From contig OZ241853.1 in assembly GCA_965202685.1 (NCBI GenBank), positions 133,333-197,332 of the forward strand: 64,000 nucleotides of DNA, read 5' to 3'. A model generated the notes under the pieces. That model was not told the DNA's origin. It searched no databases and worked only from the letters and a program-made list of their open reading frames with translations. Each line of letters begins with the position of its first letter. Positions within the stretch are counted from its first letter, which is position 1. Both the position numbers and the translations under genes were made by a program. Positions 31,548 to 40,832 of this stretch are shown here, piece by piece. This DNA is from Gammaproteobacteria bacterium (GTDB lineage Bacteria > Pseudomonadota > Gammaproteobacteria > Eutrophobiales > Eutrophobiaceae).

Positions 31548-31660
31548 GGCGTAGCTTGGGGTCGGGCTTTTTACGACACGCTGTAAATCCATCCTTGGAC
31601 GCTCTCGGCGCGGCCATCCAGGCCGCGCAGGGTCTTAAAAGCCCGACCCCAAGCTACGCC
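31548..31660 (-). repeat. PAL element copy 2
   Basis: Same TIRs as copy 1 (gtagcttggggtcgggcttttt...aaaagcccgaccccaagctacgcc). Confidence 0.8.
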
Positions 31661-31682
31661 CATGCCCTTATCCCACAACACT

Positions 31683-31807
31683 TTTAGCGACGGAAATTTT
31701 TCGTCAGGCAAGCGGCATGATGAGCGAGGTCAGGAGTGTATATTAAATACATGACTGACCAAGCGAGGAAATGCCGCGATGCATGGCGGAAAATTAACAA
31801 GCTAAAA
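31683..31807 (-). repeat. R unit, inverted orientation
   Basis: ttttagcgacggaaatttttcgtcagg...atggcggaaaattaacaagctaaaa. The following gene ORF reads through it in-frame. Confidence 0.7.
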
Positions 31808-31819
31808 TATAATGGCGGC

Positions 31820-33817
31820 ATGTTTGCAATGACAAATCGCATTGGAGAACGGATCAGGTTCCATGGCTTGGCGTTAGCCTTGTTGTTCTTGTTTTTGATA
31901 GCGGGCCTCGCCATCGTCGATGACTACGGCGTTTCGATAGACACAGGCAACCAACGGGCTATCGCCCTCAGCACCTTCAACTATGTCCTGCATGACAACC
32001 CAGGCCGGTTGCGAGTGGACCCTGAGCGCTTCTACGGCGCCGCCTTCGAGGCGCCCCTGTTCCTGTTGACGGAACAGGTCCTGGGGCTGGAAGACCCGCG
32101 CCATGTCTATTTGGCCCGCCATGCCCTGACCCATCTGTTTTTTCTGCTTGGCGGGTTCTGTTGCTATCTGCTGGCGTTTCGATTGTCCGGCGACCGGCTG
32201 GCGGCGCTGTTGGTCATGTTGCTGTTCCTGCTGTCCCCGCGCCTGTACGCCCATTCCTTCTTCAACAGCAAGGATGCGCCGTTCGCCAGCGCCTTCGTCA
32301 TGGCCTTGCTCTTTGCGAGCCACGCCTTTGACAGGGACTCGGTGGGAGCCTATCGGTGGTGCGGGGCGGCGGCGGGGCTTCTCGTCAACCTGCGCATCAT
32401 GGGCGTGGTTCTGTTTGCCGTCGTGTTGGTCTTTCGAGCCTGGGCCTGGTTCCGGGCCGAGGGATGCGCGGCGCGGCGGCGGGCGGCGACCACCACTGGG
32501 GTCTTCGCCCTGTGGGGGGTCGTTGTCTTGTTCATCAGCCTGCCTTATCTCTGGGGCGACCCCGTAGGGCGGCTGGCGGAAATGCCAGCGGTGCTGAGCG
32601 ATCATCCAAAAGTGAACCTGGTATTGTTTGGGGGCGAAGTATTCTCCAGCACGGCCCTGCCTTGGGATTACTTTCCGCGCTGGTTCGCCATCAGCCAGCC
32701 GCCGGTGACCTTGTTGCTGGGGCTGTTGGGCATGGGGGCCCTGGGCCTTGCCGCTGGAGGCGTCTTCCGACGCGGCGCAGGCGCCGGGCCGGGCGCGGCG
32801 TGGGGCGCCGCCGAGTTGCGCTTCGGCGTCTTGCTTGCGGCCTGCTTTGCGTTGCCCCTGGTTGCCGTCGTTCTGCTACGGCCCAATATCAGAACCGGCT
32901 GGCGGTATTTCCATTTCCTGCACGGGCCTTTTTGCCTGCTGGCGACCTTCGCCCTGATGGGATTGCGCCAGCTGTCGGCGCGGGGGTTGCAAAGAAAATG
33001 GCTCGGCGGCGCGGCGTGCGCGCTGACAGCGGCGGGGCTGGGCGTCGTGGCGGTCCAGATGGCGCAGATCCATCCCCACCAATATCTCTATTTCAACTTT
33101 TTTGTGGACCGCAAAACCCCGGAACAGCTGCGAACCCGCTACCCCATGGATTACTGGAACATGGCGATGCGACAGGGCTATGAACTCGCCCTGCGCCACG
33201 CGCCTTCCTCTCCCGCCATCAACCTGAAGTCCTTAGCCACGCCCATAGCAAACCCCTTGCAAGGCCTCGTCCGCAATGTGGGGATCCTGCCCGCCACGGC
33301 CCGGGCCCGGCTCACTTACGACCCGGCCCGAAACCCGGACTTTTATCTGGGCGGTTTCGCGCTGGACGATTATTTCCCCCCCGTTCTCCACCAAATCAAG
33401 GTCTATAACAACACCATTATGACCGTGGCCACGCCGGACCTGGCCCGAGTTGACCCGGCGGTGGCGGACGAGTACCGCGCCTTGCTGCAGGCGGCGACGG
33501 CGGGGGAACCGGTGGCGCGGGAGAGCGGCTATGAAGTGTACCGGCACGGCCGGCGGCTGGCGTGGGTGAAGGAGGGTTGCGGGCCGGGCGAGTTGTTGCG
33601 CCTGTTCCGGCTGGCATTCTATCCAGTGGATGCGAGCTATGTGTCCCCGCACCGCCAACGGCAGGGCAACAATGTCAAGCTGGTCTATGGGGCGCGGCTG
33701 GACGGCAAATGCCTGGGGGCAGCGTGGTTGCCGGAGTACGCGGTGTCCCGGGTGCGGTTGCGCCAGCGGTCGGATGAGGGGGGGAAGTTGTGGGAAACCG
33801 AATTCCACCTTTTTTAG
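31820..33817 (+). CDS. array paralogue 3 (665 aa from ATG at 31820; ORF open from 31736)
   Basis: MFAMTNRIGERIRFHG... preceded by ctaaaatataatggcggcATG. Its C-terminal domain is near-identical to that of paralogue 4. Confidence 0.75.
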   Translation: MFAMTNRIGERIRFHGLALALLFLFLIAGLAIVDDYGVSIDTGNQRAIALSTFNYVLHDNPGRLRVDPERFYGAAFEAPLFLLTEQVLGLEDPRHVYLARHALTHLFFLLGGFCCYLLAFRLSGDRLAALLVMLLFLLSPRLYAHSFFNSKDAPFASAFVMALLFASHAFDRDSVGAYRWCGAAAGLLVNLRIMGVVLFAVVLVFRAWAWFRAEGCAARRRAATTTGVFALWGVVVLFISLPYLWGDPVGRLAEMPAVLSDHPKVNLVLFGGEVFSSTALPWDYFPRWFAISQPPVTLLLGLLGMGALGLAAGGVFRRGAGAGPGAAWGAAELRFGVLLAACFALPLVAVVLLRPNIRTGWRYFHFLHGPFCLLATFALMGLRQLSARGLQRKWLGGAACALTAAGLGVVAVQMAQIHPHQYLYFNFFVDRKTPEQLRTRYPMDYWNMAMRQGYELALRHAPSSPAINLKSLATPIANPLQGLVRNVGILPATARARLTYDPARNPDFYLGGFALDDYFPPVLHQIKVYNNTIMTVATPDLARVDPAVADEYRALLQAATAGEPVARESGYEVYRHGRRLAWVKEGCGPGELLRLFRLAFYPVDASYVSPHRQRQGNNVKLVYGARLDGKCLGAAWLPEYAVSRVRLRQRSDEGGKLWETEFHLF

Positions 33818-33937
33818 CTTGTTAGTTTTCCGCCATGCGTCCTGGCGTTTCTTTGCTCGGGCGGTCATGTGCTATTTGCACACTCCCTTCCTCGCTCATC
33901 ACGCCAGTTGCCTGACGAAAAACTTCCGTCGCTAAAA
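33812..33937 (+). repeat. R unit
   Basis: Starts at the stop codon of paralogue 3 (ttttTAGcttgttag). Confidence 0.7.
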
Positions 33938-33940
33938 TGG

Positions 33941-34059
33941 TTGTAGTTTTCCGTTATTCTGCCTGGCGCTTCCGCGTTCAGTCAGTCATGTGCCATTACG
34001 CACACTCCTTCCTTCACTTGTCGCGCCAGTTGCCTAACGAAAAACTTCCGTCGCTAAAA
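33941..34059 (+). repeat. R unit, R2 variant
   Basis: ttttccgttattctgcctggcgcttccgcgttcagtcagtcatgtgccat...cgaaaaacttccgtcgctaaaa. Confidence 0.65.
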
Positions 34060-34112
34060 TGGTTGCGGGATAACGGAAAACTAACAAGCTAAAAGGGATG
34101 ACGGGGTGCATA

Positions 34113-34238
34113 GGCGTAGCTTGGGGGCGGGCTTTTAAGACCCTGTGCGGCCCGGATGGCCGCACCGAGAGCGTCCAGGGATGGATTTACAGCGTGTCGT
34201 AAAAAGCCCGCCCCCAAGCTAGGCCCTCGGGTGTCGCG
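34113..34238 (+). repeat. PAL element copy 3
   Basis: gcgtagcttgggggcgggcttttaagaccc...gtcgtaaaaagcccgcccccaagctaggccctcgggtgtcgcgc. Confidence 0.8.
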
Positions 34239-34306
34239 CCAGTTGCCTGACGAAAAACTTCGGTCGCTAAAACACACTTGCAGGCTCCGTTATTTTGCCT
34301 GGCGCA

Positions 34307-34320
34307 TTGACCGCTATAAT
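34307..34320 (+). promoter_or_regulatory. TTGACCGCTATAAT promoter-like motif
   Basis: TATAAT lies 6 nt upstream of ATG 34327. Confidence 0.3.
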
Positions 34321-34326
34321 AGCGAC

Positions 34327-36330
34327 ATGGCGGCAATGACCAATTACATTGGAGAACGGGCCCGATTCCATAGTCTAGCGCTGATCGTATGCGCTTTGTT
34401 CCTCCTTGCGGGCCTCGCCATCGTCGATAACTACGGCGTTTCGATAGACACAGGCAACCAACGGCATATCGCCCTCAGCACCCTCAACTATGTCCTGCAT
34501 GACGACCCAGGCCGGTTGCGAGTGGCCGTTGACCGCTTCACCGGCGCCGCCTTCGAGGCGCCCCTGCTGCTGTTGACGGAACGGGTCCTGGGGCTGGAAG
34601 ACCCGCGCCATGTCTATTTGGCCCGCCATGTCCTGACGCACCTGTTTTTTCTAATCGGCGGGTTCTGTTGCTATCTGTTGGCGTTTCGATTGTCCGGCGA
34701 CCGGCTGATCGCGCTGTTGGTCATGGCGCTGTTCCTCCTGTCCCCGCGCATCTACGCTCATTCCTTCTTCAACAGCAAGGATCCGGTGGCTGCCAGCGCC
34801 TTCGTCATGGCCTTGCTCGTTGTGTGTCGCGCCTTTGACAAGGACTCGGTGGGGGCCTATCGGTGGTGCGGGGCAATGGCGGGACTTGTCGTCAACCTGC
34901 GCATCTTGGGCATCGCCCTGTTTGCCATCGTGTTGGTCTTTCAGGCCTGGGCCTGGTTCCGGGCCGGGGGGGGCGCGGCGCGGCGGCGGGTTGTAGTGAC
35001 CACTGGCGCTTTCGCCCTGTGGGGAATCGTTGTCTTGTTCATCAGCCTGCCCTATCTCTGGGGCGACCCCGCAGGGCGGCTGGCGGAAATGGTCGAGATT
35101 ATGCGCGATCATCCTACCGTTTATCTGGTATTGTTCCGGGGGCAGGTGTTTTCCGGCGCGGCGTTGCCTTGGGACTATATGTTGCGCTGGTTCGCCATCA
35201 GCCAGCCGCCGGTGACCTTGTTGTTGGGGCTGTTGGGCCTAGTGGCCCTGGGCCTTGCCGCCAGGGGCGTCGTCAGACGCGGCGCAGGCGCCGGGCCCGG
35301 GCCGGGCGCGGCGTGGGGCGCCGCCGAGTTGCGCCTCGGCATATTGCTCGCAACCTGCTTTGCGTTGCCCCTGGTTGCCTTTGCGCTGTTGCGACCCACC
35401 TCCCTCAATGACTGGCGGCATTTTTATTTCCTGCACGGGCCTTTTTGCCTGCTGGCGACCTTCGCCCTGATGGGGTTGCGCCAATTGCCGGCGCGGGGGT
35501 TGCAAAGAAAATGGCTCGGCGGCGCGGCCTGCGCGCTGACAGCGGCGGGGCTGGGCGTCGTGGCGGTCCAGATGGCGCAGATCCATCCCCACCAATATCT
35601 CTATTTCAACTTTTTTGTGGACCGCAAAACGCCGGAACAGTTGCGAGCCCGCTACTCTATGGATTACTGGAACATGGCGATGCGACAGGGCTATGAACTC
35701 GCCCTGCGCCATGCGCCTTCCTCTCCCGCCATCAACCTGAAATCCTTAGCCACGCCCATAGGAAACCCCTTGCAGGGCCTCGTCCGCAATGTGGGGATCC
35801 TGCCCGCCACGGCCCGAGCCCGGCTCACTTACGACCCGGCCCGAAACCCGGACTTCTATCTGGGCGGTTTCTCGTTGGACGATTATTTCCCCCCCGTTCT
35901 CCACCAAATCAAGGTCTATAACAACACCATTATGACCGTGGCCACGCCGGATTTGTCCCGAGTTGACCCGGCGGTGGCGGACGAGTACCGCGCCTTGCTT
36001 CAGACAGCGACGGCGGGGGAACCGGTGGCGCGGGAGAGCGGCTATGAAGTGTACCGGCGCGGCTCGCAGTTAGCATGGGTGAAAGAGGGATGCGGGCCGG
36101 GCGAGTTGTTGCGCCTGTTCCGGCTGGCGTTCTATCCAGTGGATGCGAGCTATGTGTCCCCGCACCGCCAACGGCAGGGCAACAATGTCAGGCTGGTCTA
36201 TGGGGCGCGGCTGGACGGCAAGTGCCTGGGGGCGGCGCGGTTGCCGGAGTACGCGGTGTCCCGGGTGCGGTTGCGCCAGCGGTCGGATGAGGGGGGGAAG
36301 CTATGGGAAACCGAATTCCACCTTTTTTAG
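34327..36330 (+). CDS. array paralogue 4 (667 aa; ORF open from 34156)
   Basis: MAAMTNYIGERARFHS... Its central ~1 kb is near-identical to paralogue 14. Its C-terminal domain is near-identical to paralogue 3. Confidence 0.75.
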   Translation: MAAMTNYIGERARFHSLALIVCALFLLAGLAIVDNYGVSIDTGNQRHIALSTLNYVLHDDPGRLRVAVDRFTGAAFEAPLLLLTERVLGLEDPRHVYLARHVLTHLFFLIGGFCCYLLAFRLSGDRLIALLVMALFLLSPRIYAHSFFNSKDPVAASAFVMALLVVCRAFDKDSVGAYRWCGAMAGLVVNLRILGIALFAIVLVFQAWAWFRAGGGAARRRVVVTTGAFALWGIVVLFISLPYLWGDPAGRLAEMVEIMRDHPTVYLVLFRGQVFSGAALPWDYMLRWFAISQPPVTLLLGLLGLVALGLAARGVVRRGAGAGPGPGAAWGAAELRLGILLATCFALPLVAFALLRPTSLNDWRHFYFLHGPFCLLATFALMGLRQLPARGLQRKWLGGAACALTAAGLGVVAVQMAQIHPHQYLYFNFFVDRKTPEQLRARYSMDYWNMAMRQGYELALRHAPSSPAINLKSLATPIGNPLQGLVRNVGILPATARARLTYDPARNPDFYLGGFSLDDYFPPVLHQIKVYNNTIMTVATPDLSRVDPAVADEYRALLQTATAGEPVARESGYEVYRRGSQLAWVKEGCGPGELLRLFRLAFYPVDASYVSPHRQRQGNNVRLVYGARLDGKCLGAARLPEYAVSRVRLRQRSDEGGKLWETEFHLF

Positions 36331-36355
36331 CTTGTTACATCCGCCATGCAACCTA

Positions 36356-36483
36356 GCGCGACACCCGAGGGCATAGCTTGGGGCAGGGCTTTTTACGACA
36401 CGCTGTGAATCCATCCCTGGACGCTCTCGGCGCGGCCATCCAGGCCGCGCAGGGTCTTAAAAGCCCTGCCCCAAGCTACGCCC
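36356..36483 (-). repeat. PAL element copy 4
   Basis: gcgcgacacccgagggcatagcttggggcagggcttttt...aaaagccctgccccaagctacgcc. Confidence 0.8.
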
Positions 36484-36503
36484 ATGCCCTTATCCCACAA
36501 CTA

Positions 36504-36629
36504 TTTTAGCGACGGAAGTTTTTCGTTAGGCAACTGGCGCGACAAGTGAAGGAAGGAGTGTGCATAAAGCACATGACTGACTGAACGCGGAAGCGCCAGG
36601 CAGAATAACGGAAAACTAACAAGCTAAAA
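36504..36629 (-). repeat. R unit (R2 variant), inverted
   Basis: ttttagcgacggaagtttttcgttaggcaactggcgcgacaagtgaagg...ggaaaactaacaagctaaaa. Confidence 0.65.
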
Positions 36630-36707
36630 TGAAAAACTTCCGTCGCTAAAACACACTCGCAGGCTCCGTTATCCCGCCTGGTGGATTGACCGCTATATAA
36701 TGGTGGC

Positions 36708-38687
36708 ATGTCCACAATAACAAGCCGCATTGGAGAACGGGTGCGGTTCCATCGCTTAGCGTTGATTGCATGGTGCCTGTTTTTGGTTACGGGCCTCGCC
36801 ATCGTCGATGACTACGGCGTCGCGCCGGATGCGGCAAACCAGTTTCTTACCTCCATCAACACCGTCAACTATGTTCTGCATGGGGACCAAACCCTGTTGC
36901 AAACCGTTGACCGCTTTTACGGCTCCGCTTTCGAGTTGCCCCTGTTGCTGTTGATGGAATGGGGCCTGGGGCTGGAAGACCCGCGCCATATCTATTTGGC
37001 CCGCCATGTCCTGATGCATCTGTTTTTTCTGCTTGGCGGGTTCTGTTGCTATCTGTTGGCGTTTCGATTGTCCGGCGACCGGCTGATCGCGCTGTTGGTC
37101 ATGTTGCTGTTTCTCCTGTCCCCGCGCCTCTACGCCCATTCCTTCTTCAACAGCAAGGATGCGGTGTTCGCCAGCGCCTTCGTCATGGCCTTGCTCTTTG
37201 CGAGCCGCGCCTTTGACAAGGACTCGGTGGGGGCCTATCGGTGGTGCGGGGCGGCGGCGGGGCTTCTCGTCAACCTGCGCGTCATGGGCGTGGTTCTGTT
37301 TGCCGTCGTGTTGGTCTTTCGGGCCTGGGCCTGGTTCCGGGCCGGGGGGGGCGCGGCGCGGCGGCGGGTTGTGGCGGCCACTGGGGTCTTTGCCCTGTGG
37401 GGGGGCCTTGTCTTGTTCATCAGCCTGCCCTACCTCTGGGGCGACCCCATAGGGCGGCTGGCGGAAATGCCAGCGGTGCTGGCCGATCATCCTATCGTTC
37501 TTCATCAATTGTTCCGCGGTCAGGCGTTTTCCAGCGCGGCATTGCCTTGGGACTACCTTCCGCGCTGGTTCGCCATCAGCCAGCCGCCGGTGACCTTATT
37601 GTTGGGCCTGTTGGGCCTAGTGGCCTTGGGCCTTGCCGCTGGGGGCGTCGTCAGGCGCGGCGCGGGCGCCGGGCCGGGGCGCGGTTTGGGCGCCGCCGAG
37701 TTGCGCTTCGGCGTCCTGCTGGCAACCTGCTTCGCGTTGCCCCTAGTTGCCTTTGTCCTGTTGCGGCCCAACACCCTCCATGGCTGGCGGCATTTTTATT
37801 TTCTGCATGGGCCTTTTTGCCTGCTGGCGACCTTCGCCCTGATGGGGTTGCGCCAGCTGTCGGTTCGGGGGTTGCGAAAAGGATGGCTCGGCGGCGCGGC
37901 GTGCGCGCTGACAGCGGCGGGGCTGGGCGCAGCGGCGGTGGAGATGACGCAGATCCATCCCCATCAGTATCTCTATTTCAACTTTCTGGTGGACCGGAAG
38001 ACCCCGGAAGGGTTGCGCGAGCGCTACGAGACGGATTATTGGAACATGATGTTGCGACAGGGCTATGAGTGGCTCCTGAAAGAGACCCCGGAGGCCGCCA
38101 TCAACATGGTGCCGCGGAGAGTTGAGGCGTTGGCGAACCTCAATCGCAATGTGCAGATTCTCCCCCCGGCGGCCCGCAACCGGTTGACCTACGATCCGAA
38201 ACGCGACCCGGATTTCTATGTAGGCGGAAGCGGAAGCATAAGGCAAAGCCTCGAAGAACCTTTCCCTCCCGTTCTCCATCGGTTCAAGGTCTATAACAAC
38301 ACGATGTTGACCATTTCCACGCCGGATTTGTCCCGGGTTGACCCGGCGGTGGCGGATGCGTATCGGGCTTTGCATTGGACAGCGACGGCGGGGGCGCCAA
38401 CGGCGCGGGCGGGCGGCTATGAAGTCCACCGGCACGGCTCGCGGCTGGCGTGGGTGAAGGAGGCTTGCGAGCCTGGGGCGCTGAGGCGCAAGTTCCAGCT
38501 GGCTCTTTACCCGGCGGACGCGGGCCGTTTGCCGACCCATCGCCAGAAATGGGGCTACTTTACAATCAGAGCCTCTGGGGTGCGGTTTGACGGCAAGTGC
38601 CTGGGGGCGCGACGACTGCCGGATTTCGCCCTAACCCGGATTCGCCTGGGGCAAAAGGGGAAGTGGGAAGTGGAGGTGCCTTTTTAG
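36708..38687 (+). CDS. array paralogue 5 (659 aa)
   Basis: MSTITSRIGERVRFHR... preceded by ggattgaccgctatataatggtggcATG. Confidence 0.75.
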   Translation: MSTITSRIGERVRFHRLALIAWCLFLVTGLAIVDDYGVAPDAANQFLTSINTVNYVLHGDQTLLQTVDRFYGSAFELPLLLLMEWGLGLEDPRHIYLARHVLMHLFFLLGGFCCYLLAFRLSGDRLIALLVMLLFLLSPRLYAHSFFNSKDAVFASAFVMALLFASRAFDKDSVGAYRWCGAAAGLLVNLRVMGVVLFAVVLVFRAWAWFRAGGGAARRRVVAATGVFALWGGLVLFISLPYLWGDPIGRLAEMPAVLADHPIVLHQLFRGQAFSSAALPWDYLPRWFAISQPPVTLLLGLLGLVALGLAAGGVVRRGAGAGPGRGLGAAELRFGVLLATCFALPLVAFVLLRPNTLHGWRHFYFLHGPFCLLATFALMGLRQLSVRGLRKGWLGGAACALTAAGLGAAAVEMTQIHPHQYLYFNFLVDRKTPEGLRERYETDYWNMMLRQGYEWLLKETPEAAINMVPRRVEALANLNRNVQILPPAARNRLTYDPKRDPDFYVGGSGSIRQSLEEPFPPVLHRFKVYNNTMLTISTPDLSRVDPAVADAYRALHWTATAGAPTARAGGYEVHRHGSRLAWVKEACEPGALRRKFQLALYPADAGRLPTHRQKWGYFTIRASGVRFDGKCLGARRLPDFALTRIRLGQKGKWEVEVPF

Positions 38688-38732
38688 CTTTTAGCTTGTT
38701 ACATCCGCCATCCTGCCTGGCGCGCCAACCAA

Positions 38733-38754
38733 GGCATAGCTTGGGGCAGGGCTT
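38733..38754. repeat. PAL element, truncated (left TIR only)
   Basis: ggcatagcttggggcagggctt followed by unrelated sequence. Confidence 0.5.
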
Positions 38755-38773
38755 ACTACTGGCCATTACCTAT

Positions 38774-38900
38774 TTTTTAGCGACGGAAGTTTTTCGTCAG
38801 GCAAGCGGCATGATGAGCGCGGGAGGGAGTGTATATTAAATACATGACCGACCGCGTGAAGAAATGCCGCGATGCATGGCGGAAAACTAACAAGCTAAAA
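38774..38900 (-). repeat. R unit, inverted, fused in-frame to paralogue 6
   Basis: ttttagcgacggaagtttttcgtcagg...gcatggcggaaaactaacaagctaaaa is directly joined to cgggcccgattccat of the gene. Confidence 0.7.
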
Positions 38901-40832
38901 CGGGCCCGATTCCATGGCTTGGCGTTGAGCGTGTGGGCCTTGTTCCTGATTACGGGCCTCGCCATCGTCGATGACTACAGCGTCGCGCCGGATGCGGCAG
39001 ACCAGCATGGTATCGGCAACAACACCCTCAACTATGTCCTGCATGACGACCAAACCCTTTTGCGAACCCATGACCGCTTCTACGGCGCCGCCTTCGAGGC
39101 GCCCCTGTTCCTATTGACGGAACGGGTCCTGGGGCTGGAAGACCCGCGCCATGTCTATCTGACCCGCCATGTCCTGACCCACCTGTTTTTTCTAATCGGC
39201 GGGTTCTGTTGCTATCTGTTGGCGCGGCGCTTGTCCGGCGACCGGCTGGTCGCGTTGTTGGTCATGTTGTTGTTCCTGCTGTCCCCGCGTCTCTACGCCC
39301 ATTCCTTCTTCAATGTCAGGGATCCAATGTTCGCCAGCGCCTTCGTCATGGCCCTGCTCTTTGTGAGCCGCGCCTTTGACAGGGACTCGGTGGGGGCCTA
39401 TCGGTGGGGCGGGATGGCAGTGGGACTTCTCGTCCACCTGCGCATCATGGGCGTGGTTCTGTTTGCCATCGTGTTGGTCTTTCGGGCCTGGGCCTGGTTT
39501 CGGACCGAAGGGGGCGCGGCGCGGCGGCGGATTGTGGCAACCACTGGCGCTTTCGCCCTGTGGGGGGGCCTTGTCTTGTTCGTCGGCCTGCCCTATCTCT
39601 GGGGCGACCCCGCAGGGCGGCTTTCAGAATATTGGATGGTGTTGGCCGATCATCCTGTCGTTCAACGCGAACTGTTCCGGGGTCAGGCGTTTTCCGGCGC
39701 GGCGTTGCCTTGGAATTATATGTTGCACTGGTTCGCCATCAGCCAGCCGCCGGTGACCTTGTTGTTGGGTCTGTTGGGCTTGGTGGCCTTGGGCCTTGCC
39801 ACTGGGGGCGTCGTCAGACGCGGCGCGGGCGCGGCATGGGGGGGTGCCGAATTGCGATTTGGCGTCTTGCTCGCAACCTGCTTCGTGTTGCCCCTGCTCG
39901 CCTTTGTCCTGTTGCGGCCCAACACCATCAATGGCTGGCGACATTTTTATTTCCTGCACGGGCCTTTTTGCCTGCTGGCGACCTTCGCCCTGATGGGGTT
40001 GCGCCAGCTGTCGGTTCAGGGGTTGCGAAAAAAATGGGTTGGCGGCGCGGCTGGCGCGCTGACAGCGGCGGGACTGGGCGCGACGGCGCTGGAGATGGCG
40101 CAGATCCATCCTAACCAGCATCTCTATTTCAACTTTTTTGTGGACCGAAAGACCCCGGAACGGCTAAACGAACGCTACGAGACGGATTACTGGAACATGA
40201 TGTTGCGGCAAGGGTATGAACACATCCTGCGGCAAGCGCCCTCTTCCACCATTAACATGAGGCCGCGAGCGTCAGCGAACAACCGCTATGTGCAGATCCT
40301 GCCGGCGGCGATCCGGAGCCGGTTCATCTACGACCCTGTTCGGGATCCGGATTTCTATCTAGTAAGAAACGCCGGAATTCCGCCGCCAGGCGCGCTTAAG
40401 GACTCTTTTCCCCCCGTCCTCCACCGGTTCAAGGTCTATAACAACACGGTGTTGACCGTATCCACGCCGGATTTGTCCCGGGTTGACCCGGCGGTGGCGG
40501 ATGAGTATCGGGTCTTGCATCGGGCGGCGACAGCGGGGGAACCGGTGGCTCGCGGGGGAGGCTTCGATGTGCGCCTGCATGGCAACCGGCTGGCGTGGGT
40601 GAAGGAGGCTTGCGAGCCTGGGGCGTTGATGCATCCGTTCCGGCTCAGGCTTTATCCGGCGAACGCGGGCCGTTTGCTGGCCCACCACCGGAAACGGGGC
40701 TACTTTACAATCAGCGCCAGCGGGGTGCGGTTTGACGGCAAGTGCCTGGGGGCGGCGCGGTTGCCGGATTTCGCCCTGGACCGGGTTCGCCTAGGGCAAC
40801 AAGGGAGGTGGGAAGTTGACATCCCTTTTTAG
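38829..40832 (+). CDS. array paralogue 6, 5'-end replaced (ORF starts inside an inverted R unit; no own promoter/ATG)
   Basis: The translation MYIKYMTDRVKKCRDAWRKTNKLK is derived from the R unit up to the junction 38900/38901. From RARFHG onward the protein is a normal paralogue. Confidence 0.55.
   Translation: MYIKYMTDRVKKCRDAWRKTNKLKRARFHGLALSVWALFLITGLAIVDDYSVAPDAADQHGIGNNTLNYVLHDDQTLLRTHDRFYGAAFEAPLFLLTERVLGLEDPRHVYLTRHVLTHLFFLIGGFCCYLLARRLSGDRLVALLVMLLFLLSPRLYAHSFFNVRDPMFASAFVMALLFVSRAFDRDSVGAYRWGGMAVGLLVHLRIMGVVLFAIVLVFRAWAWFRTEGGAARRRIVATTGAFALWGGLVLFVGLPYLWGDPAGRLSEYWMVLADHPVVQRELFRGQAFSGAALPWNYMLHWFAISQPPVTLLLGLLGLVALGLATGGVVRRGAGAAWGGAELRFGVLLATCFVLPLLAFVLLRPNTINGWRHFYFLHGPFCLLATFALMGLRQLSVQGLRKKWVGGAAGALTAAGLGATALEMAQIHPNQHLYFNFFVDRKTPERLNERYETDYWNMMLRQGYEHILRQAPSSTINMRPRASANNRYVQILPAAIRSRFIYDPVRDPDFYLVRNAGIPPPGALKDSFPPVLHRFKVYNNTVLTVSTPDLSRVDPAVADEYRVLHRAATAGEPVARGGGFDVRLHGNRLAWVKEACEPGALMHPFRLRLYPANAGRLLAHHRKRGYFTISASGVRFDGKCLGAARLPDFALDRVRLGQQGRWEVDIPF

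Noticed and set aside
33820-33937. Open frame through R units reading FSLLVFRHASWRFFARAVMCYLHTPFLAHHASCLTKNFRR*
   Set aside because: The frame is not preserved between R and R2 variants (a 1-nt indel changes the tail to ...SFLHLSRQLPNEKLPSLK). It has no ATG or RBS, so a coding peptide is unlikely.
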